Origin: Halomicrobium mukohataei DSM 12286
GTDB taxonomy: Archaea; Halobacteriota; Halobacteria; Halobacteriales; Haloarculaceae
NCBI RefSeq assembly: GCF_000023965.1
Contig: NC_013202.1
Span: 600,001-632,000, forward strand
Length of the DNA stretch: 32,000 nt
Direction: 5' to 3'
Below, in pieces: positions 1 through 7,704 of the stretch. How positions within the stretch are numbered: the stretch's first letter is position 1; each line of letters opens with the position of its first letter. The position numbers were made by a program, and so were the translations under genes. The notes beneath the pieces are model-generated. The model saw only the letters and a list, made by a program, of their open reading frames with translations, made no database searches and had not been told where the DNA came from.

Positions 1-2
1 CC

Positions 3-83
3 TTCTGCCGGGCGGCCCATCGGATCATCGAGACGGCACGGCGGAGCGCAGAGCGAGGCGAGCGACTCGACCTGGTGGAGTGA
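3..83 (+). CDS. possible 3' end of an upstream CDS (partial, runs off the window start)
   Basis: Frame 3 is open from the window edge to TGA at 81-83, with G/C-rich third positions (FCRAAHRIIETARRSAERGERLDLVE*). It is too short to identify. Confidence 0.25.
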   Translation, partial: FCRAAHRIIETARRSAERGERLDLVE

Positions 84-97
84 CGCCGAGACCGACG

Positions 98-442
98 TTA
101 CTGGAGGTTCACGGTCAGCAGCCACGCCTGCCCGAAGGCGAGCGCGCCGAGCACGAGGTGGACGAGCGCCTCGTAGTATCGCGGACGGACGGCAGCCTCT
201 AGATCGAGGAGGAGGCGGGTGGATCGAAGGCAGAGGTAGGCCGTGACCGACAGTGCGGGGAGCAGGGTCAGGCCGAGCAGCCGCGGGCCGCGGGTGACCG
301 AGAGTTCGCCGTCGAGGCCGAAGTGCCAGCCGACGATCATCGTCTCCGGGAGCGACGGAGCCAGCAGGAAACCCGACGCGACCGTCGCGAGGACCAGTGC
401 GAGCGACGTGAGCTCGGGGAGGGCGCGCCGAGAGACAGTCAC
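98..442 (-). CDS. small integral membrane protein, DUF1648/SdpI-like N-terminus
   Basis: 114-codon ORF with a GTG start (440-442) and a TAA stop. It has three hydrophobic segments. The motif LPETMIVGWHFGLDGE resembles the DUF1648 N-terminal pattern. G/C third-position bias is present. Confidence 0.6.
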   Translation of the reverse strand: MTVSRRALPELTSLALVLATVASGFLLAPSLPETMIVGWHFGLDGELSVTRGPRLLGLTLLPALSVTAYLCLRSTRLLLDLEAAVRPRYYEALVHLVLGALAFGQAWLLTVNLQ

Positions 443-654
443 GGCTCGCTCACGACCGTTGGGTCGGCGCTGGCGGGGTCCCGGATCGACGGTGCCGTTC
501 GAGGCTTCGTGTCGGCCGAGTGTCGATCGACGATGGTGGTGTCTGGCATCGGTAGGTCACACTGAGTCCGTCGGGAGTATAGGGACGCGACCAGTGCTTC
601 ACGCGCTGAAGCACCGGGAACCTTTTTACGGTCCACTCGTGCGTACCGACAGTC

Positions 655-999
655 GTGAGTGAGGAGCCCGACGTCGGGACCGTCGCGGGGCTGCTCGAAG
701 ACGAGACAGCGCGGCGTATCCTCACGCAAACCAGCCAGGAACCCATGTCAGCGAGTACCCTCGAACAGCGGTGTGACGCGTCAGGACCGACGATCTACCG
801 TCGGCTCGAACAGCTCGAAGCGTCCGACCTGATCGTCGGACAGACCCGGCCCGATCCCGAAGGGGGCCACCATCGGACGGTGTACGAGCCGAACGTCCGG
901 AGCGTGACCGTGGAGCTGGTCGAGGGGGAACTGGAACTGTCGATCGACCGTCGGGAGAACATGGCCGACCGGCTCACGCGGTTCGTGGAGGAGATCTAG
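655..999 (+). CDS. winged helix-turn-helix transcriptional regulator (ArsR/TrmB-like, haloarchaeal type)
   Basis: 114-aa acidic protein. ETARRIL...MSASTLEQRCDASGPTIYRRLEQLEASDLIV fits an H1-H2-H3 wHTH layout. GTG start at 655; an ATG at 745 would truncate the HTH. A T-rich box (CTTTTTAC, about 622-630) lies about 28 nt upstream. Confidence 0.8.
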   Translation: MSEEPDVGTVAGLLEDETARRILTQTSQEPMSASTLEQRCDASGPTIYRRLEQLEASDLIVGQTRPDPEGGHHRTVYEPNVRSVTVELVEGELELSIDRRENMADRLTRFVEEI

Positions 1000-1296
1000 A
1001 TGACGATAGAGACACTCGGGACGGTCGGACTGCTGTTACAGGGCTACGAACTGGTCGGTGCGGCGCTTGGCCTGTTCATCGCCTACCTGGCGTTCAGGGG
1101 GTATCGGCGCAACGACAGCCGACCGATGCTGTTCTTCGCGATCGGGTTCGGGATCATTCTGGGGTTGCCCCTCCCCGTCGTCGCGCTGTCGCTGGTGTTC
1201 CCGTGGCTGTCCGGTCCGGGAGGACAGGCGATCATCCAGACGTTCGAACTGGTCGGTCTCGTCTGTATCATCTACGCGCTCCGGATGGACCCCTGA
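1000..1296 (+). CDS. small membrane protein co-transcribed with the wHTH regulator
   Basis: The ATG at 1000 directly abuts the TAG of the regulator (TAGATG). The 98-aa product has three predicted TM segments. Codon bias matches the neighbours. Confidence 0.75.
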   Translation: MTIETLGTVGLLLQGYELVGAALGLFIAYLAFRGYRRNDSRPMLFFAIGFGIILGLPLPVVALSLVFPWLSGPGGQAIIQTFELVGLVCIIYALRMDP

Positions 1297-1314
1297 CGGT
1301 CACACCGCCGACAG

Positions 1315-2529
1315 TCACTCCCGCGCGGGCGGTGGGGTGTATCCCTCCAGATCGGCGTCCCGCAGGTCGACGTCGGCCCCGTCTTCGGCGGCCTTGTACG
1401 CGGCCATACAGAGCCGGAGGATCCGGACGCCGTCGGAGAGGTCGAGCGTACCGTTCTCGCCGGCTCGGAACGCCGCCACCGCATCCCGGTTCTCGGCGAC
1501 GAAACCCGCGGTGACCACGTCGGCGGCGGCGATGGGCATTCGCCCGCTGGTGGCGGTCTGTTTCTCCGCCCACCCCTCGCCCTCGCCCAGCTCGTCCGAG
1601 AAGAAGACGCTGGAAGACTCGTCGTCGGACAGCACCTGCCCGGAGTACTCCGGCCCGAGCAGCTCGATCGTCCGACGGACGCCCGAGCCGACGTAACACC
1701 ACGATCCGGTCGCTTCCGAGACGACGGTCCGGCCGTCCTCGTCCTCGTAACGCACCGTCGTCCGGGCGTAGTCGTCGACCGGGTTCGACCGGAAGTCGAT
1801 GCCGAAGTCGGCTTCGAGCTGGTCGGCGTAGTCGTCCTGTTGCCACTTGATCGTCTCCGTGTCGGCGGAGACGCTGACCGGTTCGAGGTCGTCCCCGCCG
1901 TTCGGGTCCGACAGCAGGAAGTCGTTGCCCGCGAGCGCGTGACACAGCATGTCCGTCAGCGCGCCCCCACCCTGCTTGCGGCCGTCCCAGAACCACCCGG
2001 AGTGGGGACCGCCGTGTTCGGCCTGCGATCGGGCGATGTAGGGACGGCCGGCCCCGCGGCCCTGCTCCCACAGCAGCGTCCGGAGCTTGTCGATGTCGGG
2101 CTCGTGGGGCCAGTTCTCCAGATAGGCGTGGGGGAGGTCCGCTCCCTCGACGAGGTCGACGATCCGGTTGGCCTCCCGAAGGTTCCGTGCGACCGGTTTC
2201 TCCAGGGCGATGCCCTGTAGCTCGGCCCCGTCTTCGAGTGCCTCGACGGCCGCCTCGACCACGTCGACGCGCGTGAAGTTCGGGCTGGTCACCCACAGCC
2301 CGTCCACGTCGGGGTCCGCGACGAGGTCGGCGACGGCGTCCTCGCCGTAGACGCTCGGATCGCCCCACCCCTCCTCGCGGCAGGTGTCGGCGAGCGATTC
2401 CGCGTTCTCCCGCGTGCGGTTCTGGATCCCCGCGACGTGAACGTCCGGGAGATACCCCACGCTGGGCGCGTGCGATTCGCGCGTGATGAAACCCGCACTG
2501 ACGAAGCCGATGCCGAAGGAGTCGGTCAT
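1315..2529 (-). CDS. Gfo/Idh/MocA family NAD(P)-dependent oxidoreductase
   Basis: 404 aa. The N-terminal Rossmann segment (GIGFVSAGFI...) is followed by the family EKP motif (IALEKPVARNL) and a C-terminal alpha/beta domain. Confidence 0.9.
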   Translation of the reverse strand: MTDSFGIGFVSAGFITRESHAPSVGYLPDVHVAGIQNRTRENAESLADTCREEGWGDPSVYGEDAVADLVADPDVDGLWVTSPNFTRVDVVEAAVEALEDGAELQGIALEKPVARNLREANRIVDLVEGADLPHAYLENWPHEPDIDKLRTLLWEQGRGAGRPYIARSQAEHGGPHSGWFWDGRKQGGGALTDMLCHALAGNDFLLSDPNGGDDLEPVSVSADTETIKWQQDDYADQLEADFGIDFRSNPVDDYARTTVRYEDEDGRTVVSEATGSWCYVGSGVRRTIELLGPEYSGQVLSDDESSSVFFSDELGEGEGWAEKQTATSGRMPIAAADVVTAGFVAENRDAVAAFRAGENGTLDLSDGVRILRLCMAAYKAAEDGADVDLRDADLEGYTPPPARE

Positions 2530-2578
2530 ACAGGAAGGCAGTGAGCCAACGACTAAAACGCTCAGGGTCGACCGGCCG

Positions 2579-3445
2579 TTACCAGTTCCAGGGCCCGTGG
2601 TCGGCGTCGATGACGCGCTCGCGGCGGTCGATCGAGTCGATCAGGTCGAGATCGTCGTCGTCCAGCTCCAGATCGAGCGCGGCGAGGTTCTGCTCCATGT
2701 GCTCGCGACTGCTGGCCTTGGGGATGGCGGCGACGTTGTCGTGGCTGGTGATCCACGCGAGGCTGACCTGGGCGGGCGTGGCGTCGTGTTTCTCGGCGAC
2801 CTCTCGAATCTCGGGGACGTCGAAGACCGCGCCCTTGGCCAGCGGGGAGTAGGCGACGAACGTGTAGTCGTGTGCCTGGGCGTGGGCGACGAGGTCCGCC
2901 TGTGGGAGCAGGGGATGCATCTCGGCCTGGTGGGCGAAAAGCGGCGCGTCGAGCACGTCCATCGCCTCGTCGAGCAGTTCGGGCGTGAAGTTCGACAGCC
3001 CGACGTGGCGAGTCTTGCCCGCGTCGTAGGCGTCGTCGTAGGCCGGCAGAACTGTCTCGTGGTCGTAGACGCCGGACGGCCAGTGGACGTACAGCAGGTC
3101 GACGGCGTCGACGCCCAGCCTGTCGAGACAGCCGTCGATGGCGTCGGGCACCTGGTCGGCCTCGGGAGGTACGTCGTGGTGGACGGTCTTGGTCGAGAGC
3201 CACACGTCGTCGCGATCGACGGCCGACGAGCGCAGTCCCTCACCGACGTACCGCTCGTTCTCGTAGACCTGTGCGGTGTCGATGTGGCGAAAGCCCGCGT
3301 CGAGCGCGGTGCGGACGTTGTCGGTCCACTGCTCGCGGTTGTCCTCCGAGTAGGTCCCCAGACCGAGCGGCAGCATGTCGTCTCGTGGCATCACCCGAAC
3401 CAGCGTCTCCAGCGGCTTTCGTCTGTCGATCAGGCCAGCGGTCAC
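2579..3445 (-). CDS. aldo/keto reductase
   Basis: Carries AKR signatures: LPLGLGTY, FRHIDTAQVYENE, LWLSTK, HWP, GLSNF, AYSPLA. The GTG start at 3443-3445 overlaps the TGA of the upstream globin gene (GTGA). An alternative ATG start lies at 3391. Confidence 0.9.
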   Translation of the reverse strand: MTAGLIDRRKPLETLVRVMPRDDMLPLGLGTYSEDNREQWTDNVRTALDAGFRHIDTAQVYENERYVGEGLRSSAVDRDDVWLSTKTVHHDVPPEADQVPDAIDGCLDRLGVDAVDLLYVHWPSGVYDHETVLPAYDDAYDAGKTRHVGLSNFTPELLDEAMDVLDAPLFAHQAEMHPLLPQADLVAHAQAHDYTFVAYSPLAKGAVFDVPEIREVAEKHDATPAQVSLAWITSHDNVAAIPKASSREHMEQNLAALDLELDDDDLDLIDSIDRRERVIDADHGPWNW

Positions 3446-3819
3446 ACCTCCTCGTCGGGCGAGGCCAGCAGCTCCGCCTCGTAGGCGGCGACGGCGTCGA
3501 CGACCGCCGCGGCGTCGTCGGCCGGCACGTCGAAGGCGTCGAGGCTCGCTTCCAGCAGTTCGATGGCGCGTTCGATGTGGGTCGGTTCGAAGGGAACGTC
3601 GATGTGAGCCTCGCGGACGGGCACGGCGTCGTAGGTCTCCGGCCCGCCGGCCGCTTCACAGAGGAAGTCGGTCTGTGTCCGACGCAACAGTTCCATGTCC
3701 GCGTCAGCGAAGAACGGCCCCAGCTGCTCGTCGGCGATCAGTCGGTCGTAGAAGTCGTCGACGACGGCCCGGATGCCCTCCCGCTCGCCGAGTCGCTCGT
3801 ACAGTGTTCCCTCTGGCAT
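3442..3819 (-). CDS. group 1 truncated hemoglobin (2-on-2 globin)
   Basis: 125 aa. TLYERLGGxxxI-like N-terminus (TLYERLGEREGIRAVVDDFYDRL), then FF...D...L...Q..FL, typical of the trHbN family. Confidence 0.8.
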   Translation of the reverse strand: MPEGTLYERLGEREGIRAVVDDFYDRLIADEQLGPFFADADMELLRRTQTDFLCEAAGGPETYDAVPVREAHIDVPFEPTHIERAIELLEASLDAFDVPADDAAAVVDAVAAYEAELLASPDEEV

Positions 3820-3876
3820 ACCGACCGGTCAGTAAGCGACGGTGAAAACGGTGTCCGTCGGCGCGATTCTCGCCGG

Positions 3877-4626
3877 TCATTCGGGTTCGACCAGCGCCGC
3901 CTCGGCCCGGTAGACGATCTGCATCGGCAGGCCGTTGTCGTCGAGCGGTGGTCGAGGCGGGAGCGAACGCAGCCGTCCCTCGTGGGGAAGTGCCGTGTAG
4001 GCCAGTGCCACCGCGTCGAGCACGTCGGCGACGGTGACCGGTGTGTCGTCCATCGCCTCGGCGGCGGACTGGACCGCGGGCGGAGCGTCCCGATCGATCG
4101 ACGCCAGCGTGCGCAGGCGCTCGGCGTACCCGCCGGCGGTCCGGCGGTCGCGTTCCATGCGCTCGCCCGCGAACGCGAGGAAGGCGACCTCCGGATGGGC
4201 GGCGGCGAGGAGATCACGGGCCTCGGAGAACTCCCGGAGCAACTGATCGACCGTCGCGATCGTCTCGCTGAGTTCGAAGGCTCGCTCGGAGAGAGACACC
4301 CCGGTCGCGCGCTCGTGCGTGCGGTTCGCGACGGGGTAGCGCCGCTTTCGCAGCGCCTCGCGTGCCGGCGGGGCGACGATCTCGTCGGACCGCGGCCCTA
4401 CGAGAGTGCGGGCCAGCTCGTCACACTCGCGCTCGCCCTCGGCTTCCTCGACCAGTCCGATCGGCACGTCGACGAGGATCGCGGCCGCGTCGTCCTCGTA
4501 GCGAAACCAGAGGTCGCCGATCCCGTCGAAGGTCGCCGCGTGGTCGAACCCCTCTCGGTCGAACGCCACCGCGATCCAGGTCCCGTCGGCGACGTGTGCC
4601 CCGACCCAGACGCCGTCGTCTGCCAT
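3877..4626 (-). CDS. DUF429 domain protein
   Basis: The real start is taken at ATG 4624-4626 (MADDGVWVGAHVADGTWIAVAF...). The 411-aa track ORF extends upstream only because no stop occurs in the non-coding repeat region. The layout (VGxD..., DVPIGL, CD..AR) matches DUF429. Confidence 0.75.
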   Translation of the reverse strand: MADDGVWVGAHVADGTWIAVAFDREGFDHAATFDGIGDLWFRYEDDAAAILVDVPIGLVEEAEGERECDELARTLVGPRSDEIVAPPAREALRKRRYPVANRTHERATGVSLSERAFELSETIATVDQLLREFSEARDLLAAAHPEVAFLAFAGERMERDRRTAGGYAERLRTLASIDRDAPPAVQSAAEAMDDTPVTVADVLDAVALAYTALPHEGRLRSLPPRPPLDDNGLPMQIVYRAEAALVEPE

Positions 4627-4667
4627 ACCGGTCCCTGGCGGTGAGAACACAAAAACGTACGCCGCGA

Positions 4668-4992
4668 CGGGTAGTGTGTAGTTTCGCAGCGACTGCTGGG
4701 GTTGATACTGCCGGCTGTAACTTCGTGAAGATCTTCGCCACTCCGGGGTGGCGAAATCGTTCACAGATTTACAGCCGGTAGTATGAGACATCGAAAGCCC
4801 TCGTACAGTTGTGGTCCCGGAATCTACGCTGCGCTCCTGTCGGTACGTACGGGATACGGGTTCCCGCAACTGTACTCGCCTTTTCAGCCACCAGGGCATA
4901 GCTGGTGGCACTGACCACGATCCTGGCGGATGAAAGGGCGAGGCGCGCCGAGGGCTTTCGACGTGTACACTGCTCCGATCTCTTGAGTACAC
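4668..4992 (+). repeat. E-element copy 1: candidate structured ncRNA or palindromic element (three-helix core 4789-4963), interrupted by hairpin element C1
   Basis: Collinear homology to 12600-12972. P1 is 4789-4803/4949-4963. P2 is 4804-4814/4864-4874 plus 4816-4825/4851-4860. P3 is 4875-4895/4922-4942. Strand is assigned from G-U wobble pairs that only work on the + strand. Confidence 0.55.
4704..4786 (+). repeat. C-element copy 1: 83-nt long hairpin (MITE-like or structured RNA)
   Basis: Outer stem ATACTGCCGGCTGTAA (4705-4720) pairs with TTACAGCCGGTAGTAT (4769-4784), including one G-U. Apical stem TTCGCCAC (4734-4741) pairs with GTGGCGAA (4748-4755). Homologous to 20410-20492 and 30751-30832. 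Confidence 0.6.
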
Positions 4993-5123
4993 GCGATCGA
5001 CGGCCCGGCACAATAGCGCTCGTGTGGTGGATCGGTGCCGGACCGAACCACCGTCGGCGCGGCGCTGGGGAGGTGAGACGAGCCCCGTCGGAGGCCGTGG
5101 TCCGTGGTACACCGACCCTCGGA

Positions 5124-5131
5124 AGTATTAT
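5124..5131 (+). promoter_or_regulatory. TATA-like box for the cold-shock gene
   Basis: AGTATTAT is centred about 32 nt upstream of ATG 5160, the spacing expected for a leaderless or very short-leader haloarchaeal mRNA. Confidence 0.35.
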
Positions 5132-5159
5132 CCGTCCCCCTCTCATGCGTACAGTCGCA

Positions 5160-5354
5160 ATGGCAACCGGTACTGTTGATTTCTTCAACGACACGGGCGG
5201 TTACGGCTTTATCGAAACTGAGGACGCTGACGACGACGTGTTCTTCCACATGGAAGACGTGGGCGGCCCGGACCTCGAAGAAGGCCAGGAGATCGAATTC
5301 GACATCGAACAGGCCGACAAAGGCCCCCGCGCGACGAACGTCACCCGACTGTAA
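5160..5354 (+). CDS. cspA: cold-shock domain protein (CspA family)
   Basis: 64 aa. MATGTVDFFNDTGGYGFIE...DVFFH carries the RNP1/RNP2-like motifs of CSD proteins. The track ORF from 4905 is an upstream read-through. Confidence 0.95.
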   Translation: MATGTVDFFNDTGGYGFIETEDADDDVFFHMEDVGGPDLEEGQEIEFDIEQADKGPRATNVTRL

Positions 5355-5524
5355 GTCGGTCGCTTTCGTCAGCGGTCTCGGAGTGCGCGCTCGGCCGTAA
5401 TCGCCGTTCTGCGTCTCTCCGGCAATTTTCGTTTCTATGAACCGGCCAGCGACGCCGGAACCGTTCGGTGTCTCACGACCGGTTCGCCAGTGGACTTAAC
5501 AGCGCGTCGTGAGATCGTTCGAAC

Positions 5525-6214
5525 ATGTCCGAACACGTCCGCGCGAGACTGCTGGCGGGAAACCGGGCCCACGTCGAGAGCCGGCCGGCGGGCTACTTCG
5601 ACGAGGTCCAGGAGGAGCAACACCCGGCGGCCGTCTCGATCTGCTGTGCCGACTCGCGGGTCTCACAGGAGGGGATGTTCGACATCGACGGCCCCGGCTG
5701 GCTCTTTACGCCGAGCAACATCGGCAACCAGGCGTGGGACATCGTCGACGGCCAGAAGGTCGTCAACGGCAACCTCCTGTACCCGATCGAGTACACCGGC
5801 ACGAAGACGATCGCGGTCGTCGGCCACACGGGCTGTGGAGCGGTGACAGCGGCCTACCACGCCGGAACGGGGTCGGGCCACAGCCACCCAAGCGGGATCG
5901 CGAAGTGGATCGACACGCTGGGCTCGGTCGTCGCGGACGGTCTGGCGGCCGTCGACACGGACGCCGACGAGGAGACCGTCGTCAACCGACTCGTCGAGTA
6001 CAACGTCGACCGACAGGTCGCCTTCCTCCAGGACGCCGAGGAGATCCCCGACGACGTGTCGGTGTACGGGTTCGTCTACGACCTCCACGGCGCGTACGAC
6101 GGCCCGCGCGGGCGGACGTACCTCGTCAACGACGACGGCGAGACGGATCCGGAGGCGGTGCGGGCAGCGCTCGACGAGGGAGACCAGGAGTACGCACAGC
6201 GGCTCACTTCGTAG
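5525..6214 (+). CDS. beta-class carbonic anhydrase
   Basis: The zinc ligand pattern CADSR ... GHTGCGAV is typical of beta-CA. 229 aa. Confidence 0.85.
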   Translation: MSEHVRARLLAGNRAHVESRPAGYFDEVQEEQHPAAVSICCADSRVSQEGMFDIDGPGWLFTPSNIGNQAWDIVDGQKVVNGNLLYPIEYTGTKTIAVVGHTGCGAVTAAYHAGTGSGHSHPSGIAKWIDTLGSVVADGLAAVDTDADEETVVNRLVEYNVDRQVAFLQDAEEIPDDVSVYGFVYDLHGAYDGPRGRTYLVNDDGETDPEAVRAALDEGDQEYAQRLTS

Positions 6215-7466
6215 TCGGACGCTCCGTCGGCTCGGCCGCTTCGGACCCGCGGGCGGCGTGTTCGTGGTGCCAGTACACGCAGCCGGCAAAGAGGAGGACG
6301 ACGCCGACGAGGGGCGGCTGAGCGATCGAGAACAGCGCACGTGCCGTCGCCGCTAGCGTCGCGGCGGTCTCGGGCGAGAGCGGTGCGACGACCAGCAGCT
6401 GCTCGACCGACGGATAAGAGACGATCGCGGAGAGTCCGAGCGTCCCGGCGAGAAAGAGCCCGCGGACGCGCCCCGGCGGCAGACGATAGAGGACGACCAG
6501 CAGCGGGTAGTACAGCAGCGAGTAGTAGAACGGCTCCAGTGGCAGGTACGCGAGCGCGGCCAGCAGCGTCGCGAGGAGCCCGACCAGGCGGCCGACCTCG
6601 CTTCGCAGGTCCCGGAGCGACGCCAGCACGACCGGGACCAACAGCGCCAGTGCGACGCCGGCGAGCGCGTCGGGAGACAGCTCCGGGGCAAGTGCAGCCA
6701 GGGGACGCCGAATCGTCACGAACATCGCCGACGGATCGAGACCGCCGGAGAAGGCCTCGGCCTGCCGCTCGCCGGGGAGGACTTCGGTGAAGAAGGTTCG
6801 TGTCGGCCCGACGCCGAACACGACCAGACCGGCCGCGATCGTCCCGAGTCCGGTCGCGATCGCAGCGCCGACGGCACGCCAGGACCGCTGGGCCAGGAGC
6901 CAGAGCCCGACCACGGCCGGGAACAGCTTCACCGCCCCGGCCAGCGCGAAGGCCGCGCCGGCACGCAGCTCACGGCCACCGGCCAGCAGTCGCGCGCCGA
7001 CGGCGATCGCCAGGGCCAACTGGAGGTTCACCTGTCCCATCACCAGCACCGGCACCGAGTGGACCGAGGCGAGGACGACCCCGCCCACGAGCAGGCGGTC
7101 CCGCCGGGCCAGCGCGACACCGGCGTCCTCGATGGCACGGACGATCACCGCCGCGAGGACGGCAGCCGTCACGAGGGTGAGCGCGGTCTGGAACAGGTAC
7201 GCACCCAGCGGGCTCCCGGTCAGGACGTGCGGGACGAACGCCAGCAACACCAGCGGCGGATAGATGTAGTGAAAGGTCGGATGGGACGGGGGCGTCACGG
7301 CGTAGGGGTCCCCGCCGGCCAGCAGCGTCGTGCCGGCGTGGTAGTACACGTCGGTGGCGACCGCCACCTGTGCGGGGCGAAGCAGCGGCACGGCGAGCAG
7401 GTAGACCAGTCCCGCGACGATCGTGGCCGCGAGCGTCGCCCGCACCGCTGTGCGCTCGTCGGTCAC
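6204..7466 (-). CDS. polytopic membrane glycosyltransferase, GT87/DUF2029-like
   Basis: About 420 aa with more than 10 hydrophobic segments and a DUF2029-like layout (DVYYHAG..., YIYPPL, KLFP). The GTG at 7464-7466 overlaps the TGA of the upstream 60-codon ORF (GTGA). The Arg/Gly-rich 115-aa extension in the track ORF is rejected. Confidence 0.7.
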   Translation of the reverse strand: MTDERTAVRATLAATIVAGLVYLLAVPLLRPAQVAVATDVYYHAGTTLLAGGDPYAVTPPSHPTFHYIYPPLVLLAFVPHVLTGSPLGAYLFQTALTLVTAAVLAAVIVRAIEDAGVALARRDRLLVGGVVLASVHSVPVLVMGQVNLQLALAIAVGARLLAGGRELRAGAAFALAGAVKLFPAVVGLWLLAQRSWRAVGAAIATGLGTIAAGLVVFGVGPTRTFFTEVLPGERQAEAFSGGLDPSAMFVTIRRPLAALAPELSPDALAGVALALLVPVVLASLRDLRSEVGRLVGLLATLLAALAYLPLEPFYYSLLYYPLLVVLYRLPPGRVRGLFLAGTLGLSAIVSYPSVEQLLVVAPLSPETAATLAATARALFSIAQPPLVGVVLLFAGCVYWHHEHAARGSEAAEPTERPTTK

Positions 7467-7645
7467 TGTGAGTTCTTCGTGAGTTCCGTCAACGGGACGA
7501 GTCGGTGCTCGACCGTCGGCTTCGTGTACCCCGCCGACTCCTCGGTAACGCCCGCGGTGTACACCTCGACTTTCTGCTGGAGCACGTGGGGCTCGCCCTG
7601 CTTGTTCTTGATGATGTCGACCGACTGCCACGCCTCGGATTCCAT
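7463..7645 (-). CDS. small acidic hypothetical protein (60 aa), translationally coupled to the GT87 gene
   Basis: ATG start. Nearly every codon ends in G/C (atg gaa tcc gag gcg tgg cag tcg gtc gac ...). Its stop overlaps the downstream start. I cannot assign a family. Confidence 0.65.
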   Translation of the reverse strand: MESEAWQSVDIIKNKQGEPHVLQQKVEVYTAGVTEESAGYTKPTVEHRLVPLTELTKNSQ

Positions 7646-7704
7646 GCCCGTTCTGAGAGTGGCGATCTACCTCATACTTGCGGTGGTCACCACCGCCCAG
7701 CCGG

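Noticed and set aside
592-630. Hairpin GTGCTTCA-cgcgc-TGAAGCAC followed by a T5 run upstream of the wHTH gene, considered as a terminator.
   Set aside because: No upstream + strand gene ends nearby. The T-run more plausibly forms the TATA-like box of the regulator gene, and the hairpin may be an operator, but I cannot support either reading.
1268-2368. Long alternative-frame or antisense ORFs throughout the window. Examples: 1268-2368(-), 2483-3484(+), 2562-3203(-), 3271-4644(+), 5509-6321(+), 5663-6340(-), 8339-9337(+), 22744-24036(+), 24495-26003(+), 26694-28223(+), 28879-29865(+), 29097-30380(-).
   Set aside because: Their translations are Arg/Pro/Gly/Ala-rich with no domain signatures, as expected from stop-poor off-frames in high-GC DNA. 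Each overlaps a well-supported gene in another frame.
4784-4915. A 43-codon ORF starting at ATG 4784 inside E-element copy 1.
   Set aside because: It is not preserved in copy 2, where indels and hairpin insertions break the frame, and it has no codon bias.
4789-4963. Possibility that the E-elements are SRP (7S) RNA, RNase P RNA, a riboswitch or a hammerhead-type ribozyme.
   Set aside because: The SRP helix-8 GGAA/AGCA-type motifs are absent. The RNase P GGAAAGUCC / ACAGAAA boxes are absent. GGATGAAAG does not match the hammerhead CUGANGA...GAAA core in context. Two diverged copies within 8 kb are also not expected for those single-copy RNAs.
4627-5112. N-terminal extension of the DUF429 ORF (track ORF 3877-5112), and similar extensions of 6204-7811 and 21216-22589.
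   Set aside because: The extensions read through the non-coding repeat region, the upstream 60-aa gene or the AbrB-like gene. They lack protein-like composition, and conserved N-termini begin at internal starts (4626, 7466, 21537).
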